From: a bacterium
Lineage (GTDB): Bacteria; UBA8248
Assembly (NCBI GenBank): GCA_965207065.1
Contig: OZ242260.1
Span: 2,080,001-2,144,000 of the forward strand
DNA length: 64,000 nt
Direction: 5' to 3'
The position numbers and the translations under genes were made by a program. The notes under the pieces were generated by a model. That model worked only from the letters and a program-made list of their open reading frames with translations, made no database searches and was not told the origin of the DNA. Of this stretch, positions 61,845-64,000 are shown piece by piece; position 1 is the stretch's first letter, and each line of letters starts with the position of its first letter.

Positions 61845-62885
61845 TCAACCATGAGATTCCCGCCGCTCTGCCGCGCTCAGCACCGGGCAGGTGACAACCT
61901 CGCCGTTTCGTCTTCTGCTCCACGAGGGCACCCATGAGGAGTGCCCGCCAGCCTCGCCTCCCGCGACGACGATGTAGATGTCGTCCGGCTTGAGCGCGTG
62001 GCGCACGTTGCCGTTGTCATCGGCGTCGATGGGCTTATCGAGCTTGCCGGAGCGCAGGAGTTGGCTCAAGGGAAGCGTCGCATTTTCAAAGAGATAGTCT
62101 TTTAATTCTTTTTTCGTGGGAAATTCTTCTGCCAGAAGATGCGCGTGCTCGGGAGCGAATACGAAAAAGGATTGCCCCTCGCTCATGCTGCCCAGACCCG
62201 CCATGGTGGCGGCGGCGGTTTCCGCGATTCCGCCGCCTTTTCCGTAGTGGTTCTGTATGTTGTGCGGACCTTCGGCCGCGAGAAGCGTCACCGTGCTCGT
62301 ATCGGCGGGATAACCGAGTTCGACGTTAAGGGGCTCCCAGGGGCTCGTTTCCTCCCATTCGGCGAAGGTAAAGCTGTATTTGCCCGGATTCCCCTGCGTG
62401 GAGCGATCCAGAAGACCCGGCTTCGAGCCCAGGCAGTTGATGATGATGAGCCTGAGCGCGCGGCCTATCGTCGCGTTCGCGCGGTTGCCCGGCCCGTAGA
62501 TGTTCCCCTGCATATTGAGGCCTATCTCATGGCGGACCGGGCCGTTTACGACCATGAAGGGCGCCGCTCCACCTGTACTCGTGGCGCTGGAGTGTATGTT
62601 GTAGGCCGGATCGGCCATGGCTTCGAGCGCGGCGATGATGACGGGCATGTAGGAAGGCTGACAGCCCGCCATGATGGCGTTCAAGGCCACTTTTACGGCC
62701 TGGACGGTTCTTTTCCGCTCCGCCAGGTGAAAGACGACGTCATCGGCGCCCAGGCCAGCGGCCTCCAGGAAGCGCTCAATGAGTTCGGGCGTGGGGGGAA
62801 CCACGGGCAGACCGTCCGTCCAGCCTTTCTCGTGATACATCTCAATCGCTTCATAGACGTCCGTCGCTTCGCTCACCGCTTCCAT
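61845..62885 (-). CDS. Conserved hypothetical protein, partner of UGSC proteins
   Basis: GWTDGLPVVPPT, A.NA.MAGC.P.Y.PV, VVNGP, RANATIGRA, G.PG.Y...FAE. Confidence 0.8.
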   Translation of the reverse strand: MEAVSEATDVYEAIEMYHEKGWTDGLPVVPPTPELIERFLEAAGLGADDVVFHLAERKRTVQAVKVALNAIMAGCQPSYMPVIIAALEAMADPAYNIHSSATSTGGAAPFMVVNGPVRHEIGLNMQGNIYGPGNRANATIGRALRLIIINCLGSKPGLLDRSTQGNPGKYSFTFAEWEETSPWEPLNVELGYPADTSTVTLLAAEGPHNIQNHYGKGGGIAETAAATMAGLGSMSEGQSFFVFAPEHAHLLAEEFPTKKELKDYLFENATLPLSQLLRSGKLDKPIDADDNGNVRHALKPDDIYIVVAGGEAGGHSSWVPSWSRRRNGEVVTCPVLSAAERRESHG

Positions 62886-63081
62886 GTGGTCTCCTGTCTT
62901 GTCGGTTTTTCTTCATGGAGCCGCAGGATATCGCAGGGAGCCGGATTTGAAAATACGGGATTGCATCCCTGGCTCCCGGTTTCATTAACGCTTCGGGGTT
63001 GGTATATCATCCCTTCGATATATCGAATCCAGCCGTAGCCTTCAGGAGCGGCGCTTTCAAACGAAGAAGGAATATCCAGAC

Positions 63082-63684
63082 ATGGATTTTGACTTAATTC
63101 GCGCCGTAAACGATTGTTTTCAGCCATTTTATCCTTACGCGGCGGCGGAGATTCACGCGGAATACGGGCGCGATGCGGGCGACGTCCTGGAAATCGGCCC
63201 CTACGGCCCCGGCGTGGCGCTCGCCCTGGCGGAGCGCTGTCCCGGGATGCGCCTCACATGCGGGGATGACGCCAAAGTCCTGAACGACTACCTCGCCGAG
63301 ACGATTTCGGAGGCGGGCATGTCCGCGCGTATTCGCGTGGAACCCCTTGATAAATATAACCTTCCGTTCGAGGCGGCTTCTTTCGATCTCGTCGTTTTCC
63401 GGGGCGGGCTTTTCTTCTGGGACGAGCAGGAGCGCATCGTCGCCGAGATGGACCGCGTCCTGAAGCCCGGCGGAATGGGCGCGCACGGCGGGGGATTCGG
63501 TGCGGGGGCGTTGGATGAACTCATCGAATCGCTCCTTCCCGAGGCGCGCGATTTGAACAACCGCCTCGGCAAGAAGCGCCTCTCTCGCGCCGATGTTCGT
63601 CAAATCGCTGAAAACGCAGGACTTGCGTCCTGGCGAATCGCCGCGGAACACGGCCTATGGCTCTTCTGGGAGAAGGCGGATTAG
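63082..63684 (+). CDS. Class I SAM-dependent methyltransferase
   Basis: VLEIGP.G, LPF..ASFDLVV.RG, E..RVLKPGG. Confidence 0.88.
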   Translation: MDFDLIRAVNDCFQPFYPYAAAEIHAEYGRDAGDVLEIGPYGPGVALALAERCPGMRLTCGDDAKVLNDYLAETISEAGMSARIRVEPLDKYNLPFEAASFDLVVFRGGLFFWDEQERIVAEMDRVLKPGGMGAHGGGFGAGALDELIESLLPEARDLNNRLGKKRLSRADVRQIAENAGLASWRIAAEHGLWLFWEKAD

Positions 63685-63704
63685 CGTTTGCCGCGCATTT
63701 CACA

Positions 63705-63783
63705 CCCGCAATTTCCCGCATTTGCCGTCATCGAGGGAGTCGCTGTCCATGGCAGAATTCCCCTGCGCCCGGATTCCGCGGCG
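63705..63783. repeat. Dispersed 79-bp non-coding repeat, copy 2
   Basis: Matches 2308-2386 in the same orientation. Confidence 0.85.
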
Positions 63784-64000
63784 CGGGGGCGGCAATCACG
63801 CTGTTGAAAGAATTCGTCGGCGTGCTGCGACTAGCCGCATTGCAGGACCCAATAAATTGATGTGCTTGACTTGTCCGGCCCTATGGCTCATATTCTCGCC
63901 GCAGATTGTCTCGCGATTGCGCGAAGCGCCGCCCATGGGCGGCACCATGTCCCGGGAACAATAATCCAAAAATCTTCTCCTGCTGGCCGCGCCCGGTAAG

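Noticed and set aside
63850-64000. Possible promoter and gene start at the window end
   Set aside because: No open frame with support inside the window

Overview
GC-rich, Gram-negative bacterial chromosome segment; the lineage cannot be determined from sequence alone. The first ~17 kb is an accessory region. It holds a TRAP permease, an M24 peptidase, a beta-barrel OMP, an intact IS1182-family element, three toxin-antitoxin-type modules, a low-GC OLD/TOPRIM ABC-ATPase nuclease, an LLM monooxygenase with a flavin reductase, and several non-autonomous elements with IS1182-like ends. The middle is housekeeping: folE2-metH, tRNA-Leu-tig-clpP-clpX, tRNA-Val-thrS-infC-rpmI-rplT-pheST-zapB-zapA-6S RNA-rny-ymdB, a methylmalonyl-CoA mutase large subunit, alaS, mlaEDC, ltaE, a csp gene and a divergent EF-G. 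The most interesting signals, none evident from the ORF track, are: (1) two UGA-split genes that read through as selenoproteins with SECIS-like hairpins (a deiodinase-like TUPP protein and a UGSC protein); (2) a His-rich, signal-peptide-bearing leader ORF ending in a RAPP ribosome-arrest motif upstream of a cupredoxin-like protein and a polytopic membrane protein, a candidate metal-sensing translational control system; (3) a family of MITEs with IS1182-type ends and 4-5 bp target duplications that insert into hairpin loops and carry REP-like cargo, including the hairpin that the autonomous IS itself targets; (4) an unannotated small membrane ORF splitting rpmI from rplT, and a 79-bp repeat shared by the two ends of the window.
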